DNA from: Octopus bimaculoides
Taxonomy: Eukaryota
NCBI RefSeq assembly: GCF_001194135.2
Contig: NC_068991.1
Location: forward strand, 6,491,750 to 6,555,749
Direction of reading: 5' to 3'
Length of the DNA stretch: 64,000 nucleotides
Part shown: piece after piece, positions 60,768 to 64,000 of the stretch
Layout: each line of letters starts with the position of its first letter
Numbering within the stretch: position 1 is the first letter of the stretch
Program-made: the position numbers and the translations under genes
Notes under the pieces: generated by a model
Told to the model about the DNA's origin: nothing
The model's input: only the letters and a program-made list of their open reading frames with translations
Database searches by the model: none

Positions 60768-62097
60768 TGTAAGGGAACGACCGTCGTCGGGGTCACCAAT
60801 TGTAAGGGAACGACCGTGCGAACTCAAAAAAGGAGAAATGGTGACGAATGGAAGAACAGAGGACTCCTTTTATTTAAACGAGTCACACGGTCGAACATAC
60901 AAATATATATATCAAAGATGATATACATGATATGTTATGCGACGATAACATAGATGACCAGTAATGAAAGACCACAACCGTATTAGATGAATAACAGAGA
61001 TATTTATTATAGCGTTAAAGATGTATGTCTGTGTGAGAGTGTGAATGCGACATATAAGAACATAATCAAAGACAGGCCGTCATACAAAGAAAAGNNNNNN
61101 NNNNNNNNNNNNNNNNNNNNNNNNNNNNNNNNNNNNNNNNNNNNNNNNNNNNNNNNNNNNNNNNNNNNNNNNNNNNNNNNNNNNNNNNNNNNNNNNNNNN
61201 NNNNNNNNNNNNNNNNNNNNNNNNNNNNNNNNNNNNNNNNNNNNNNNNNNNNNNNNNNNNNNNNNNNNNNNNNNNNNNNNNNNNNNNNNNNNNNNNNNNN
61301 NNNNNNNNNNNNNNNNNNNNNNNNNNNNNNNNNNNNNNNNNNNNNNNNNNNNNNNNNNNNNNNNNNNNNNNNNNNNNNNNNNNNNNNNNNNNNNNNNNNN
61401 NNNNNNNNNNNNNNNNNNNNNNNNNNNNNNNNNNNNNNNNNNNNNNNNNNNNNNNNNNNNNNNNNNNNNNNNNNNNNNNNNNNNNNNNNNNNNNNNNNNN
61501 NNNNNNNNNNNNNNNNNNNNNNNNNNNNNNNNNNNNNNNNNNNNNNNNNNNNNNNNNNNNNNNNNNNNNNNNNNNNNNNNNNNNNNNNNNNNNNNNNNNN
61601 NNNNNNNNNNNNNNNNNNNNNNNNNNNNNNNNNNNNNNNNNNNNNNNNNNNNNNNNNNNNNNNNNNNNNNNNNNNNNNNNNNNNNNNNNNNNNNNNNNNN
61701 NNNNNNNNNNNNNNNNNNNNNNNNNNNNNNNNNNNNNNNNNNNNNNNNNNNNNNNNNNNNNNNNNNNNNNNNNNNNNNNNNNNNNNNNNNNNNNNNNNNN
61801 NNNNNNNNNNNNNNNNNNNNNNNNNNNNNNNNNNNNNNNGCTATTTATAACAAATTATTGGCTCACCAGATGGTAGAAATATACTCTATCACGTGACCTT
61901 ATTAGGGGCCGTGATTGGTCAGTTTGCGTTCTGGCGGGAAAGGTTCGAAGAAGTTGCCGATTCGAATAATGATCAGTCACGTGATGGACAAGGAATGGGT
62001 TCTCTACTACGCTCGCATTTATTTATATTTAAATGAGAAGATTGTATGTAATGGCGATAGTAGTTTGTATCTAATGGCGGGAGGTAGTTTCACGACA
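60768..62097 (-). mobile_element. LTR retrotransposon relic (Ty3/gypsy-like): one LTR + tRNA-Trp PBS + duplicated 17-bp U5 end
   Basis: 4-bp TSD ATAG (60764-7, 62098-101); TG...CA termini; minus-strand CCAAT, TATAAAT (about 61848), AATAAA (60869-74); PBS TGGTGACCCCGACG 2 nt after LTR. Confidence 0.85.
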
Positions 62098-62476
62098 ATA
62101 GCTAATATAATGCTCTCTTCTGAATAAGTAAGATCTAATGTCACTGTATCACTGCATCAGCCAGAGTATTGGCTGTGGTTAAACAACACCTGATCCCAAT
62201 GCGCTTTCTCGCATTGTTGTGGCCTTCAAATGATGTCTTGTGAGTGGATTTGGTAGACGGAAACTGAAAGAATCCCGTCGTATACACACACACACACACA
62301 TGCAGTGTCCGTCTTTCGCTCACAAACCTTTAGTCGGCCCGGGGTTATCGTAGCAGATACTTGCCCAAGATGCCGCGCTGTTGGACCGAACCCAAAACCA
62401 CGTGATGAGAAAGCTATCTTCTTAACCACACATTCTTGCCAGATATATTGTATACTGTTATTTTTAACCCTAAAAA

Positions 62477-62687
62477 GGCGGCAAACTGGCAGAATTGTTA
62501 GCACGCCGGGGAAATGCTTAGCGGAATTTCGCATTTTGCTACGTCCTGAGTTCAAATCCCGCCAAGGTCACTTTGCCTTTCATCCTTTCGGGGTCGATAA
62601 ATGAAGTACCAGTGAAACACTGGGGATCGATGTAATCGACTAGTCTTCCCCCAAAAAATTTCGGGCATTGTGCCTATAGTAGAAAGG
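62477..62687 (+). mobile_element. Full-length family B SINE with 20-bp TSD
   Basis: GTTATTTTTAACCCTAAAAA at 62457-62476 and 62688-62707. Confidence 0.9.
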
Positions 62688-62782
62688 GTTATTTTTAACC
62701 CTAAAAATTTGTCCTTTTCTATAAATAGATAAATAAATATATATTTTTATTCTCTTTCATTCTTAAAGAATCTTTTGGCGAG

Positions 62783-63061
62783 ATGACTAATCTTGATTTC
62801 TGCCAAGGTTTGAAGAGCTATCCTTTTGTGGAGACGCCAGAACCTATGAAAGGTGACGTTTGTCCAGAAAACGACTCATATGATAATGACTGCGATAGCG
62901 AAAGAGATTCGCAACTGAAACAAGCCGTTGAGAAAGTAAACGAAACTGGAGACATGATTCACATTATAAAACAGGAATTGAAATGTCAGATATTGTACAA
63001 GAGGTTCCAGGAAGGAAAGAATGCTGTCGATACAGAAGTGAAACCTCCTGTGCAATACGAG
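62783..63061 (+). CDS. Probable first coding exon of an unidentified gene (acidic, MTNLDFCQ...IIKQELK...PVQYE), continues beyond window
   Basis: 93-codon non-repetitive open frame bracketed by strong acceptor ttctctttcattcttaaag (exon start 62769) and donor GAG|gtaatt; no family recognised. Confidence 0.55.
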
Positions 63062-63299
63062 GTAATTATAAAACATTTCTTATTTCGTCAATTATCTGTT
63101 ATTAATCATTTATCTCTTGCTTGTTTCTGTCGTAGGACTGCGGCCATGCTAGGGCATCGCCTTATTAGGTTTTTAGTTGAAATAATCGGTCGTAGTATTT
63201 GGGTTCTTTTGCTTGTTTTATTTTTTTTATGTCTGATACTTATTCTGTCAGTCACTTTTTGACTAACCGCTAAGTTACTGGGACATAAACAAACCGACA

Positions 63300-63398
63300 C
63301 TAGAGAGTCGCGTCACCGGGTGTTTACTCCACCACCGTTTCAGCAGTTTAGAGAGCGATAGTATCTGACGTACCCTCGACATCCTATATATATATAGA
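63300..63398 (-). mobile_element. 99-bp mini-Helitron-like insertion interrupting a family A SINE
   Basis: Minus A|TCTATATA...CTCTCTAG|T; SINE sequence stops abruptly at the CTAG. Confidence 0.5.
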
Positions 63399-63534
63399 TG
63401 AACCTTTTTTAACGATCCATCAAAAGGTTAAGGGACATTTTGATTTTAAAATCATTTTTATCATTGTCGAAGTCATCATCATCGCCATGACTCCCTTTTC
63501 TTTTATTCGGTGATGTCACTGCTGTCATTATTTT

Positions 63535-63660
63535 CACGGCGGTGGTGGTAGCGGTAGTGGCGGTGGTGGTGGTGGTCATCATCGTCATTATTATCAACGT
63601 CACCATCGTCATCATAGTCGGCATCATCGTCATCCTAATCATCATCATCATCATCATCAT
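63535..63660. repeat. Compound (GGT)n/(CAT)n low-complexity tract
   Basis: Direct read; (GAT)n also at 59998-60027. Confidence 0.9.
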
Positions 63661-64000
63661 ACAAGAATTTGTTTTCAATGTACGCTTGATTATTGCCAGT
63701 CGATTAGAACGACACCAGTACGCAATTGGTACTTAACTTATCGACCCCGAAAGGATGAAAGGCAAAGTCGACATCAGCGGAATTTGAACTCAGAACGTAA
63801 AGACAGACGAAATACCGCTAAGCATTTTGCCCGGTGTGCTAGCGTTTCTCCAGTTCGCCGCCTTTTTAAAAATTAGATCTCGATGGATTTTGCTGGCAAA
63901 ATAATCCTTTCTACTATAGGCACAAGGCTTGAAATTTGAGAAGTAAGAGCGGTATTTTGTCTGCCGTTACGTTCTGAGTTCAAATTCCGCCGAGGTCGAC

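Overview
AT-rich, repeat-dense animal genomic DNA from a gapped draft assembly (9 N-gaps). The SINE/MITE families look octopus-like; that taxon call is inferred from repeat content only. Exons were spliced by hand, with phases and lengths checked. Three genes are well supported: (1) the last three coding exons of PARP1 (+, 803-2065), whose final intron is a minor-spliceosome (U12-type) intron splitting the catalytic Glu codon; (2) a complete 6-exon LIN52 (+, 7003-14331, 116 aa); (3) a complete 12-coding-exon LRRC74A-like LRR/EF-hand gene (-, 28982-15930, 544 aa) convergent with LIN52. An orphan acidic coding exon starts a further + gene at 62769-63061, and phase-compatible exon-like segments hint at an unrecognised minus-strand gene at 33.5-50.5 kb. 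The rest is tRNA-derived SINEs, LINE relics (RTE, CR1, RLE), mariner, hAT, piggyBac-like, Merlin-like and Helitron elements, LTR relics and microsatellites. The most unusual structures are: an LTR-PBS(Trp)-U5-end insertion with an intact 4-bp TSD; Penelope-type minimal hammerhead-like motifs, some in inverted pairs; an interleaved inverted duplication in an LRRC74 intron; a hairpin apparently created by template switching in an RLE LINE relic; and a CpG-decay boundary near 30-33 kb. No CRISPR, rRNA or genuine tRNA gene was found. No computation or database search was run; family assignments rest on recalled motifs.
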